Positions 37,401 through 50,699 of a stretch of 51,087 bases of DNA are shown here, piece by piece; position 1 is the stretch's first letter; each line of letters begins with the position of its first letter. Below the pieces are notes generated by a model. It saw only the letters and a program-made list of their open reading frames with translations, searched no databases and was not told where the DNA came from. Source of the stretch: Paraspadella gotoi (taxonomy: Eukaryota > Animalia > Chaetognatha). A program made the translations under genes and the position numbers. Location of the stretch: assembly GCA_051294375.1 (NCBI GenBank), contig CM119266.1, forward strand, positions 21,469,769 to 21,520,855, written 5' to 3'.

Positions 37401-40400
37401 CGATTCTGCTTTTTGCTGCTCAATAAAAATCGGCGGGACTCTGATTAGCTTCATTCATCTTCCGCGGCTTTCATTCCTCTGGGGTTTTCCCTCATTCTCT
37501 CCTCTCTCTCTCTCGTCTCCTCATCTCATCTCTCTGTCTTCGTCTCTCTCTCTCTCTGCATTCTTCATCTCTCTCGCTCTCTCTCTGCTCTCTCTCCTCT
37601 CTCGCGGTTTAATGCGGTAAAAGAAATAAAGTTTCGAAGTTAAGAAAAAAAACCTTCTGGTTCTAAAAATGAAAACCCTACTCCAACTCGAACGAAAAGA
37701 AGCGATTTGGAAAAAAAAACCAGGGCGATAGCAATAAAAAAAAGGAAAGTTTTACGACTTTGAATGAAAGTGAAAATAACCGGAATTAATTGAGTATTGT
37801 ATCGAGTATTTAACTCAAAGGCATCAAACGGGTAGCATATGGTAACTTGCCACAGATTTGTGGTGGTCATTAAATGTTTGCCGCTGCATAAACTTAGGCA
37901 ATGAAAAGCACATACACTACGGTTCTTGTGGTCGTGAGACTGTAAAGTAGGAATGATTTGTCGCGCACGGTCTCTCTTTCTCTCTCTCTCTCTCTCTAGT
38001 CTTCTCTCTTCATCGTCTCGTCCTCTTGCGTCTCACCTCCCTTGATTGTCGGTACTTTTTATCTTCGACGCAGGACAGTATCTCTCCTCTCTCTCTTCTC
38101 TCTCTCTCTCTCTCTTCTCCTCTCATTCTCTCCTCGGCTCATCAAACCCCTCTCTTCCTTCCCATAAATTCTTTTCCGACTTAAATAACGAAATGCCCCA
38201 ACTACACTGCAACTTACCGGTCCAATTTGTTTCTTTTTTTCACTTCTCCCCCTACCAAACCTCCCCTCCACTCCCCTCTTCCCTACTCCGCAGGCAGCTC
38301 TCCTCCGCCGCACCCCTCGCCGTGGAAGAGAAACCCTAAGTCGTGCGCCGAGGGGCGAACGATTCGCTCGAGTGCAAAAACGGATCAAAAGTCCGTCGTT
38401 TGGATCGGAAAGCCGAAGACGGAGGGAATGCATGATGCAGGTGAAGTTTGCAGCGGCGGGGAGGCTTGGGGATTTGGGTAAGGGTCGTTTGGGGAAAACA
38501 AAGTCAACTGGCAACTTTGATGGACAATTGATTTTAGAAATTTGGGACAGTTTTCTAGTTTGTCTCAAAGCGGAACATTTTTGATAAAGAGCCGATTCGC
38601 GATAATTAATTAATTAATCATGCTTCAGTTAAGCTGAGAACGCTCATGCTTCTTATACGAATCGTCGTCGCAGAAAATAGACAAAGTAAATTTGGTCTGT
38701 CAAACTCCTATCGAGATTCCTTATGGCTTCGTTTCTTTCTAACGTGTGAAGCATTGTTCCCTCGTAATATATTTGGCAATTCACTATCATATACGAAAAA
38801 ATCTATGAAATTGGTTTACCCCCATCCCATGCAATTTCAATAAATAACCTTTCTGACTTTTTACTGGCTATTGGTAGCTCATAGTCTAATTCCCATATTT
38901 TTTTAATAATCATGAGACGCCAACACACATAGCATAAACAAATTAAACATAGAGTATATGTGGTCTCAAACGCAGAAAAATAATTCGTTGTTGCGTTGAG
39001 TTGACTTTGTGCGTTAACTGTATTTGCCGTGACAAGGTCGAATTGCGAAAATGTTCGGCATTGTCTCATTGTCTCGGCATTGTCTCCAACTTTCTTCCGA
39101 CGTTTGTTTGAGAGGTTTTCTTGGAGGTTTCGAGATTGTGGGAGAAAGTAATGAGGGAAGAGGGAAAAGGAAAGAGGGAAGCGGGGAAGAGGAAAGGGAA
39201 AAGGGGGGAAGCGGGAAGAGGGAAGAGGGAAAAAGAGGCAAAGTGGGAAAAGTGATTTGGCAAGTATTTCGCAACACATCAAATCTCTGCTCGGGAGGAG
39301 ATTTAAAGATTAAAAATTAAACCTCATTTAAATATTAAAGATTAAAAAGTAGAAAGTTTGTACCGGCGGGATTGATTTTTCCGGCGCCGACGTCAATCTC
39401 TGCGGGATCGAAGATGCTTAGGCGATTGGAAATTCAAGCAGAGAAACTCTCGTTCGCTTCGTCCGTGCAGCCGCCGCGCGGAATCCGTCTGTCCGACGCG
39501 CTGAGACGCAGGCGCGGCGATCGCCTGTTGAAAGGCACAGGCTCCGTCGCGCGGTATCCGACGAGCCGAGCATATGAATGCCCGGTACATTTCGAGACGC
39601 GGAAACGTGACGAAGCCGACGCCGACGCCGAACGACGCCGGCCGAACGCCGCTTTAGACGGACGGCCGTGAATTTTTGCGTCTTTAAAAGAGAAACGAAG
39701 GCGGAAGGAACGGGGCGTAAACAAAAACCGAAGGAAAAAGGTTGGGGCGGCGAACCGCGACGTGATGGCATCGTGATGGCGCGATGACGGCGCAATGATG
39801 GCGAAATATGAAATCAAGAGAGTGAGAGGCCAACGGAATGGCAATTTTTTGCTCTGCGGTCATAACGAACAGAAGCTAAAAGTTAGATTTTAATTTTTTT
39901 CTTTCTTCATTAAATGTAAACGAAAAATGAGAAATCGTTTAACGAAAAAAAATACTGCGTCATCTTTCCTCAAAAAAAAATTTCCGACGACGTCGATAAT
40001 TTGAAATAAAAAATTATAAAGAAAAAATTCTCCTAAAAATTAAATAACGAATGAACATATCAAATCGCGTTGCCATCAGCTCGCTCTCTCATCTCCTTCG
40101 GTATTATTAAATTAATTTGTTTTTAACAGTTTTACTCTTTCATGGCAAAAAAATGAGGGAAACCGGCGGCGCTCATTCGAGACTGTCTGTTTCATTCGGG
40201 CGGGAGAAAAAAAATCGATCGCGACGAATTCAATTGAAGGAAATTTAAAACAAAATCAAACAAGAGAAAAAATGCAGAAAGAAGAGAGATTCCGAAAGGG
40301 AATTGGAAAAAAAGGGGACCGATGATAAAACATGGGTCTGTTTTCCAAAGCGAGTCATTTCTGTTCATTTATGCCCGAATTTATTTTAATCTTAATATTT

Positions 40401-43400
40401 ACTTAAAATATGCTTTTAAACTTATAACAAATTCCTCACACCCTAATCCACGAACCTTAAATCCTAACCCTCCCTAAAATCTAAAATCGGTTATGCGCCT
40501 AAATATTAAAGCTAACTTGCAAACCTTAAACCTTATCTCTTAAATCCTAATAACTAAACTATTCCATCTAACCCTAGTCACTAACCTAATCCAACCCAAT
40601 ATTTAACTAATCTTTAATTAAAAAAGATAAAGACTTATTCTAAATTTAAGATAAAATGGGGCGTTCTCCGGAAATGGAAAGACGGAGAGAGAGGACGGAA
40701 TGAAAATATGGGGGATTGAAATAAGAATTTTTTTAAAACGCTGAATCCGCCATTTTGAGACTGAAATCATAACAAAAAAAAGTCATTGGACAAATGTTGG
40801 GTAGGCATTACCTGAAGCCATTCGAGACTATTTCGTACAACTGAATTACGGTTACAATACAACTAGCGAAGCAAATGGGCCTGTGATAAGCAAAAAGGTA
40901 GTATTGAAAACATTATGTAAAAGTTACGGAGCGTCTTTGTCAGCGTTCAATGTGGCGACAGAGGGAAATCAACTGCTGAGACTTTTTTCTCGAACCAGAA
41001 TGTGTTTGCGTGGATTCTTTAAAGGAAATGAGGGAGGGACGAGTTGAGTGGGGGGCAAAACGAGGGGAAAAAGGACAGAAAGAAAGAAGAAATAAAGAAA
41101 AGAAAGACAAGGAAAGTAAGAAGGAAGAAAGAAAGAAAGCAAGAAGAAAGAAAGAAAGAAAGAAAGAAGAAAGAAAGAAAGAAAGAAAGGAAATAAGGAA
41201 AGAAAGAAACAAAGAAAGAACAATAAGCAAAGAAAAAAAACACTTAGCACAAACATAAAAAAATATAAGGATAGAAAATATTTGAAAGAAAAGCAAAGAT
41301 CAAAGACAAACAGGACAAAAAATTAAGAAATTAAAAATAAAAATTAGAACAAAATAAGAAAAGGAAAAAAAACGCTCTACAATGGAGTAATCGAGGCTAA
41401 AACGATCCTTGAGATTCGAATGGGCAGCGGACCCAAATCCCTAACGAAGAGGATCTTAAGACTGCGATCCCCGCAACACTTCGTCCCTACTTATCGACGT
41501 TTTTTCCCTGCGTCAACGTCCGATGCTTCCTCTTCCTCGCTTCCTCCTTCCTCGCTTCGCACTTCCCTTTTCTTTTCTCCTTTTCTTTCTCTTCCCTCTC
41601 TTCTCGTTTTTCCATTGCCCTTTTCTTTTCCTCACTTTTCTTTCTTCTTCCCTTCTCTTCTCTTTCTCGCATTGCGCCCGCTTTTTCTTTTCTCCTTTTC
41701 TTTCTTTTCTTCTTCTTTCTCCATTGCCCCTTTTTCTTTTTCTCCTTTTCTTCTTTCCTTTCCTTCTCTTCCTCATTGCCCTTTTCCTTTCCTTCTTTTC
41801 TTTCTTTTCTTCTTTATCAATTACCCATTACGTCCCCTTTACTTTCCTCCTTTTCTTAATTTCTTTTCTTTAATTTTCTTTCTTGCTCTTCTCTTCTCTT
41901 CACTTTAACCCATCGTCCGCTTTTCTTTTCTTCTTATTCTATATGGTGCAAAAAATTGGGTGCAAGCAATTATGATATATCCAGTTTTTAATTCAATGAA
42001 ATAAATCTATGTTGCCTCCTGAGTCGCTGACAATAATGTAAATGAGCTTGAGGAAGCTCAATTATTTGGAAATAATCAACAAATTAATCTGGGCCTCACT
42101 GGCCACTGGTCGATGTTTTTATTGAGACTCTCTCAATCTATTTTAATAACTCTTAGGAAACATGGCTTTTCTTCTCATGAAAAGTTCTATGATAGTATTT
42201 CAATTTTATAAAAGAATCATTTCTTTTCTCTTCTCTTCCTCACTTTCTTCTCCTTTCCCTCTGCCCCCCATTTTTTTCCTTAAACGCCCGTCATGATCAG
42301 TTTTTCAATCCTTATTCGTTTTCCTTCCATTTTTTTCTTCCCCCTTTCCATAATCATCTACGCAATATTCATCATTCTTTCCCTTATTTCTTCCGTCTTT
42401 CTCTCCTTCTCCCCTCCTCCTCCTCCTCCGTCATTCCCCTCCTGCCTCATTTTGGGTTTTCTCGCTTCTCGTTTTTCTGCGCAGTTTTTTGTTTTTTTTT
42501 CGCGCTCATTGGGAAAAGGGCGTTTTCAGGTGCGCCTCCTGCCTCGCCTCCCGTCCGCGCGTTTCCTCGCCGACCGTCTCGAAGTTCGGTGCGAAACTTT
42601 TATACCTTTAGAAATTATCACGGTCGCAAGGTGAACGGTGAACGACGCCCGAGACGACTTTCACAAAGTCGACGGCCCAATGGGGCAATTGCCATGCGAC
42701 GCATCTGAGCTTCGAATATATATCGATTTCAGTTGGTTTCCCCCTTCCACGACACGAAGTTTAAAACCTCATCATAATTTTCTTAAAACGTCGCGACGAC
42801 AATAAAAAACTTGTCTAATGAAGCGTAGATAAAGACTCGGTCCCCACAATTATTAACCTGTTCAGAATCCGCGAAATGACAATTAGGAAGATTTCACTCC
42901 AGCCTTAGAAGATTTAGGTCGGAGCGACGATGCTTAGCTAAGCAAAAGATTGGTCTTCTGTTGACGGCGAACAACGTGGGACGGCGGGGCGCGAGCGACG
43001 ACGACGACGATTACCTGGCACCGTCGTCGTATTTAACCAAGAAAGCTTTAAAACCATCTAACGAGGAATTACGAATTCTTCTCTCTGAGAATTCATTATT
43101 CTACGACGGGGCTCCCTTCCTCGGCGCGAGTCGTTGCAATATGGCAAAAGGACGGGGCCCCGTTAATTAGCCCCCGGAAGTCCTTGTCGAGGAGAATAGA
43201 GAGAGAGAGAGTAGGGAGAGTAGAGAGAGAGAGAGAGAGGAGAGGAGAGAGAGAGGAGAGAGACGAGAGAGAGAGAGGAGACAGAGAGAGAGAGAGAGAG
43301 AGCGAAACAAGACATCGCATTCATTTCAAAATGTATGTTTGAAATTCCGGAGTCCTGAGGCTGGAGAGGAAGAGAAAAAAGCTTTTCGAGCGCGAGAGGA

Positions 43401-43456
43401 TTAATGAAAAGGGGCTCGGGATAGGAGAGAGAGAGAGAGAGAGAGAAGAAAGAGAG

Positions 43457-43496
<40 letters not shown>

Positions 43497-44942
43497 AAGA
43501 GAGGAGAGAGAGAGAGAGAGAGAGAGATGATACTTTATTATGATTATGATGGAAAAGACGATATTATCTGAGCAGTGAGCACTTGCGTAAAAAAAGCAAG
43601 TTATCAAGAAGTAACTTATCCGTGGCTTTTTGTTTGTCAACTCTTATCTTGCGTTTTCCTTTTGTTATTTTTCTGTCTTTTGTTTTCTGCATTTCTTTTT
43701 TCGTCCGTCTTGTCGCCATCTGGCTTCAGACTTTCGCCACATATACCTCCCCGAGGATGAATATCGGATTCATTCCCTTCATTCTTTTCATTTTTTCTGT
43801 AACTATCTCTCTCTTCTTCGCTCTCGTCTGCTCTCTCTCTCTCTCTCCTCATCTCTCTTTCTCTCTCTGCTCTCTCTCAGCCTCTCTCTCTCTCTCTCTC
43901 TCTCTGTACTCTCGTCTCTCCGTCTCTCTGCCTCTCTTCTCGTCGATCCTTCTCTTCTATCGTACCTCCCTCTCGTCGTCCTCCATCTCCTGACAGCACT
44001 TCTCTCCTTCGTCTCCGTCGTCTGTCTCTCTGTCTCTTCTCTCTATCTCTCCACTCTCCTCCTTAATTTTTATCTTGTTTTTTTCTTTCTCGTCTCTTGC
44101 GGCCGCCAAAAAAGAAAAATCGATTCCTTTCCGTTTTAAATTCCTTTTGTTTCTTTACACCCGCGGCTTTTCTGCGCCGACGCGTCATTCGGACTTTTTC
44201 TTTCTTTCTTTTCTTTCTTTCCTTTCTTTCCTCAATTTTTATTTTCCTTCTTTTTCCTTCCTCCCTTTTTGTCTTCTTCCCCTGTTTGTCTTTCCTCGCA
44301 TTTTTTCTTGCCTCCTTTTTTTCCTTTTCACATTTTTTTCTTTTCATAATCTTTTTCTTCCCTTTTTTTTCATCTTTTTTGTTCTTTCTTCCTTTTTATT
44401 TCCTCCTTTTTTCTTTCGCTCTCTTTTTTCTTTTTCCTTTTTTCATCCCTTGTTGTTCTTCTTCTTTTTTCTTCTCCTCCTTTTTTCTTTCCTGCTCTTT
44501 TTTCTTTCCTCCATTGTTTCTTCTTTCCTCTCTTTTTTTCTTCCTCTCTTTTTTCTTTCTCTGCTTTTTGTCTTTCGTTCGCTTATTTTTCTTGTTTACT
44601 TTTTCGCTGTTTTTATTCCTTTTTTTTCTTTCTTCGCCCCTCTTTTATCCGCAGTGGAAGGAGAGAGGGAGAGAGGAGAGAGGAGAGGAGCGAGAAAGAG
44701 ACAGAGAGAGAGAAGAAAAAGATAAGAAAGCAGCCCGATTCTTTTTTCTTTACTTATTCGATTTAGTGGATTTAATCTTAGGCTCAGAAAACAAAAACTG
44801 TGAGTGCGCACTCGTTTGGGATAAAAAGCACGGAGACAAACGCGAATAATAAAACAGAGGGGGGGGCGGGGGGGCGGTGTTACTATCTCAGCAAGATATG
44901 CGATCGTCGACCGGAAGTAAGATTCTTTTGGGATTCTTTTTT

Positions 44943-44975
<33 letters not shown>

Positions 44976-45390
44976 TCTCTCTCCCTCTCTCATCTCTCCT
45001 CTCTCTCTCTCTCTCTCCACTTCTCTCTCTCTCCTCTCTCCTGNNNNNNNNNNNNNNNNNNNNNNNNNGTGTGACTCTCCATTTTTCTCCCTCGCGTTTT
45101 TCTCTCCATTTGCTTCGTCGCCTTTTCCTTAATTTCTAGTTCCTCTCCCTCTCTCTCCTTTCCTTTCCTTTTTTATGATTAACCATTAAGAAATAACCCA
45201 TTACGATTATGAATTTGCGTGTCTCCCTCGGTTTTTTTTTTCTTTTTATCGTCAACTGCAACGTCAGAGACAGAGCTGTCATTGTCGTATTAAAAATACA
45301 AATTTTCTTTATTTTTATTTATTTTTTTTATATTTTACAATGAAAGCCTGCCCTAGCACTCGCGCTTACTGTAATAACAAAGCGAGGAAA
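33193..45390 (+). repeat. Large duplication B, copy 2 (insertion-rich)
   Basis: Colinear with 19367-31354, with many single-base (often G) insertions. Holds noisy copies of the MITEs (~33719-33998, ~40334-40675), the hairpin (~35029-35136) and the HINE (~35977-36356), and fills the 225-N gap of copy 1. Confidence 0.95.
38294..38440 (+). pseudogene. Frameshifted duplicate of the Ig exon (probably sequencing error)
   Basis: Same sequence as 24279-24417 with multiple 1-2 bp indels at a density similar to the flanking non-coding DNA. Confidence 0.5.
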
Positions 45391-45721
45391 AGAAAATTCA
45401 TATGATAAACAAAAGGTCAATTTGCGAACGCCTTTTGTTTTTTACTAAAATATGCCCTAGTACATGGTCCTCGAAATAAAAAATAAGAAATAAACACAAT
45501 ACAAATAGAATATACAATACGATTTACTAAAAATCTGAGTTTAAGTTTTTAAAATCCAATTATTGATCAATTTGATTAGTTATTGTATTAACTTGCACAG
45601 ACGTTTGAATGTCTCAAGTACATCAGCGACCCGAAGAGAGAAAAAAAACAAAGCAAAAAAAGAATAAAAAAAGAAAAATAGGATTCGCATCGGAACTAAA
45701 GGTGCCTTTTCTCTCACCTCT

Positions 45722-45762
<41 letters not shown>

Positions 45763-45788
45763 TCCCTCTCTCTCTCTCTCTTCTCTCT

Positions 45789-45819
<31 letters not shown>

Positions 45820-46351
45820 GGAATCGTCCTTATAAAACCCGGCCAACACGCATCATCTTCTGACATAATTATCTGACTTGTAACAATGAAAGAATAGTAT
45901 TAAATCTTCCACAGGGTGCTAAAACAGTGAACCAACTACTTGATGCTCCTTTCCCTCTAATCTTTCTCATTCTCTACTACTCTCTCTCTCTCTCCTCTCT
46001 CTCTCTTCTCTCTCTCTCTCTCTCTCTCCTCTTCTCTCTCTCTCTCTCTCTCGCTCCCCCAGAGAGATTACATTCCATCTCGCAGAAAACGAAAGAATTT
46101 ACCTTTTTTTCTTTTCTTTTTTTTTTTCCGCTTCTTAAGTCAAATGAAGTTTTTTTTTGTTTTCTAGAGCCTTTCAGGCGTGGCGTCGATACGAGAGGAC
46201 GGAAGGGAATGAAGAAGGAGTTTTAGCCAAACCGCTCTCGCTCTCTCTCTCTCATTCTCTCTGCTCTCTCTTCTCTCTCTCTACTCTCTTCTCTCTCTTC
46301 TCTCTCTCTCTCTACTCTCTCTCTCTCTCTCCTCTGTCTCTCTCTCTCTCT

Positions 46352-46425
<74 letters not shown>

Positions 46426-46430
46426 CGTCG

Positions 46431-46530
46431 CGCGACGGTCTTCGTCCACGACTACCGACCCTCGCTGCACCTCTCGAGACCCGAGCCGAACGTGGAGGAC
46501 GTCGCGCGGAAATTGCGGCGGACAACTTGA
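46431..46530 (+). CDS. Candidate terminal coding exon, product unknown
   Basis: Follows a long CT tract; the frame from 46432 reads ATVFVHDYRPSLHLSRPEPNVEDVARKLRRTT-stop, with 27 of 32 codons ending in G/C. The acceptor reads GTCG rather than ..AG, so one base error must be assumed. Confidence 0.38.
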
Positions 46531-47990
46531 CAGCGGGGTACAGCGGCGACAGCGGTGGCAGCGTCGATAGCGACGACAGGGGCGACATCGGTGACGGCAG
46601 CGGCAGCGGCAGCGGCAGCGGTGATAGCGGCGGCAGCGCCGACTGCGGCGACTACGGCTGCTTTCGCTGCCTCGATCGCCTTTAATTTGCCGAAAATTTC
46701 GCATTACGTTAACTTGGATATTATGTACGATGTAATCTTATAAATCCTGAAAAATCGACGATTTCCCCAATACGGACATGACAGGGATTGCGACGACGAC
46801 GACGACGACGACGATGCCATTGATCGCCATTGTTTGTTGTTCATGGTTCGACGTTCGTCCCCGACGGCGATTTAATGACAAAAGAGATTCATTCGCATCT
46901 CACGTCGCCGCCCTAGACCCCGTCGCCACCGCTGTCGCCGCCGCCGCCGCCGCCGCCGCCGTCGCCGCCGCGGCAGCCTCAACGAAAGAGCGGACGCAAC
47001 AAAGTAAAAGCGAACGAGCTCGAGCGAAATTTGTTTTCAAAATTTAAAAATCTCATCAATTATATTTCCAGAGTTAAGGCATATGTTTCTGGACGGTTTA
47101 TGTATCAACAAACTTGTTTATTAATTATACTTAAGTTCTGTATTCGAAAACGACCGTTCTATCTAGCGGGGAAAAAGTACGCAGTTATTATTTTGTTTTT
47201 TCGTCATTTTTTGTCCCATTTTACTGTACTCGGAGCAATAATGTCTGTAAAAGTAAGTCGTACCGTTTGCGCAAATCGTTTCCTCGTCATAATGGGTTCT
47301 CTTTGTATTCGAGATAATCGACGGGCGGAGAAGAAAGAAAAAAAATTCCTTTAACTTTTTTTTTCGTTTAGAAAAAAAAAACGAAATTAAAAATGGAATG
47401 TAAAAAGTTGAGAGACGAACTTGTCCATTAGCGACGACAATAACGACGATAACAACGGACGACGACAGCGACGAAACAAATGGTAATATTAGAAGTAAAC
47501 GGCGATGACGATGACGACGAATTAAATAAAGGAAAAAAATGGAATTGGTAAAGATGACAAAGAAGAGGGTAAGTTATTACCAATTGGTTGTTGACAATTA
47601 TATACTCGGCGACGACGACGACGAAGTAAACGACGAACGCATTGATGACGACATGAAATAAATAGAAGAAGACATTTACGAAGATGACAACGATACACAT
47701 AGATGAGGAACGATGAGGAACAAGACGAAAAGCTGGTAGATAGGTTAACAAAAAGATTGGTCGTAACGATGAGTGGATGACGGCTAAGATGTAGGCGTTA
47801 AAGACGACGACGACGACGACGACGAAAACGGCGTCGACTCCATTAACTAACCAGCTTAATGACGTCATTCGTTAAGTGACGCTAAGAAAAAAAATAGACG
47901 CCGTTTCGTCAAAATTGCAACGAAAAGATGAGATGTTTTTGTGAGGGCGATGACGACAGAGGCGACGGGGAGACGGTAAAACGACGACGA

Positions 47991-48151
47991 GGACTGTCGA
48001 AATGGCGATAAAACGGTGAAGGGGACTGTCGAAATGGCGATAAAACGCTGAAGAGGACTGTCGAAATGGCGATAAAACGGTGAAGGGGACTGTCGAAATG
48101 GCGATAAAACTATGAGGAGAACATTCGATATTGAGATAAAACAATGACGAG
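47991..48151. repeat. 32 bp minisatellite, ~4 good copies plus a degenerate copy
   Basis: GGACTGTCGAAATGGCGATAAAACGGTGAAGG starts at 47991, 48023, 48055 and 48087; decayed unit at ~48119. Confidence 0.93.
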
Positions 48152-49021
48152 CTTCGTCGAGAGAGTCGTAAAGCAATGAAGACGACGACGACGAAAACGA
48201 CGACGACGACGGAACCCGACCGGAGTCGGATGCTCCAATCCGATCGGCGACAAGGAGGCAGTTATATTTTTTGCGGATGAATGAGTCGCAATAGCGGAGG
48301 ACGTTTCGGGTTCAGTCCCGTCGATAACATTCATTTTATTGGGTCGTGAACCAGACCAGTCCCGCCACCTTTAGGGATGATGAAGAGGAAAGAATTCCCT
48401 GTAAACAAAAGGCCTTCGGGAAAATGGAGGGCGACGTCTCGAGGAATTGATTAAAGCGAATACGAATTGGTTCATTGTTGTTTTCGAATGAGAAAAGTAT
48501 CCTTTACTCTTTTCAGATCCAAACCCAATCCCTAGCCCCCGTTCTCCCAAGCTCCACAATCCCCCGCCCTCCCTGCGAGCGAAGCAAATGATCTTTGGGA
48601 CCGAGAAAAGAAAGAGAACATTATTTTGGGACCCAATACTGTTGTTGTAGCGATAAACGCAGAGGCTTTTTCTCTTTCGGATATAATAAAGTAAACAAAC
48701 TTTGTGGAACGTAAAAAACAACAACAGACATAAAAGTGAGAAAGAATTCTTCTTCGTAAGCGTCCTCTTTAAATTTAACTGCGAGGAGACGAGAAAGAAA
48801 AAAGAAAATTTCTTATTCCGTTTCGTGTGTGTCACCCTGTATTGTGTACCCGGTCTTTTCCAACGTCAATCACCTTTTCTTTCTCCTATTGGAATCGGGG
48901 TGACAAAGAAATGATTAAAAGGTGAAACTGTCAAGGAGAGAGAGAGAGAGACGGTTCGAAGAGAGAGTGACATGTTTTTATTGAGACTGTTTTGTTTTTA
49001 ACGGTCTTCAATAAATAACCG

Positions 49022-49116
<95 letters not shown>

Positions 49117-49345
49117 GTAAACAAAACGAGGCGAAGATCTTCATCGAGGAAAGTGAGAACGGTCGTTACTGAGGGAAGTACGAAGTGTTTATGAGAAGAA
49201 GACTCGAGAAAAAATTATTTGTTTTCTTTCAGTTTTTTTGCTTTTTTTTTTTTTTTTTTTGTTCTTGCTTGCTCTTTACCGCCTCGGGAAATTTTTAAGA
49301 TGAAAAACCTATCTCCTCCTTTCCTTTTTCTCTTTTCCTTCTCTC

Positions 49346-49391
<46 letters not shown>

Positions 49392-49822
49392 TCTCTCCTC
49401 TCTCTCTCTCGCTTTTAGCTCTTTCGTCTTCTCTGCTTCGTGCGTTATCTTTATTATTTCTTCTTTTTTTCATTCTCTTTATTTCTCTCTTCTCTGTTTT
49501 TTCTTTCTTCGAGATGAAATTGAAAAACGTCGGAATGAATCTAATAATTGTGTCGACGCAGCGGAGACTGCAAAACCCTCTACGCCTGGATACTTTTTGC
49601 GCCTGCTAGACCTTAAACGTCGGCAAAAACTTGACGCCTGGTAGACCTTTTTAATTTTACAATGGTTGTACAATTTGATGGGACGAGGATAAAGCGATAT
49701 AGAGATACATAGATTACGCAATACCCAAGTTGAAGAGAAATAAATAGAGACGGAGAAAAGGAAGCCAATGATTGAGCCTAAGCGGATTCAAACAACAAAG
49801 ATCAGGTCAGGGTTATAATGCT

Positions 49823-49855
49823 TTATGAATGCGTTATGAATGCGTTATGAATGCG
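49823..49855. repeat. 11 bp tandem repeat x3
   Basis: TTATGAATGCG x3; another 11-mer, GTAATTGTAAA x3, lies at ~50935-50967. Confidence 0.85.
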
Positions 49856-50001
49856 ATAGTAAGGGATATCATATTGCCCTCAGGCTAAGTTGGAGCTAAT
49901 GGATGACTTTTGGTTTAAGTTGAGTGGTTGTAGAACAAGCCGTGTCATTGGCGGGTGAGTCTATAAATTAGTTCTAGCAAGGAAGTGGATCTAGTCTTGT
50001 T

Positions 50002-50080
50002 GTAAGGGGTCGCCCCCACGTTGGATCAGTCCAGTAAGGGGTCGCCCTGTTGGAGCCAGTCTAGGGTAAGGGGTCGCCCC
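50002..50080. repeat. 32 bp-period tandem repeat with a hairpin core
   Basis: GTAAGGGGTCGCCC at 50002, 50034 and 50066, with related linkers (GTTGGA..CAGTC..G). Confidence 0.8.
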
Positions 50081-50263
50081 TTGGGTTGAGTTCTCGTCTT
50101 CTTTGTATGAGAAAAATTGTCTCTTCTTCTACTCAGGAGAAAATGGAAGAGAGAGACTGGGAGAGAGAGAAGAGTCAGGCGCAACAACGCCGCCCCCATC
50201 TAAAAAACATTAACCTCTTCCATCGATTTTTCACCCTACTTTTTCCCTCCTCTTCTCTCTCTC

Positions 50264-50328
<65 letters not shown>

Positions 50329-50637
50329 CTCTCTCTCTCTCTCCTCTCTCTCATCTCCACGTTTTTGGGATTGTTTTTTTCTCCTTTTCCTTTAGATTGT
50401 CTATCGCAACATCCATGAATTCGTAATGAAATTTTTGAGCCTCAAACCCCAAGCGACATTTACCTCTGGTCACCCCAGCCCCCCCCCCACGCCCCACATA
50501 AGCCGTCTCACCGCTTCGTCCTCTCCCTTCGGCGCTAACTCATCTTTTACTTACCCGAATCCTCACTCTTCCGCCTTTTTATTGTCCTTCTTATTCAACT
50601 TTCATCGCCGGGAACCTAAAACCATCTAAGGATCATA

Positions 50638-50699
<62 letters not shown>

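Noticed and set aside
47991-48110. CRISPR-like 32 bp repeats
   Set aside because: Units are contiguous with no unique spacers, there are no cas genes, and the context is eukaryotic.
50002-50080. Mini CRISPR-like array with a palindromic repeat
   Set aside because: The repeat is only ~14 bp and the intervening segments resemble each other, so it is a tandem repeat.
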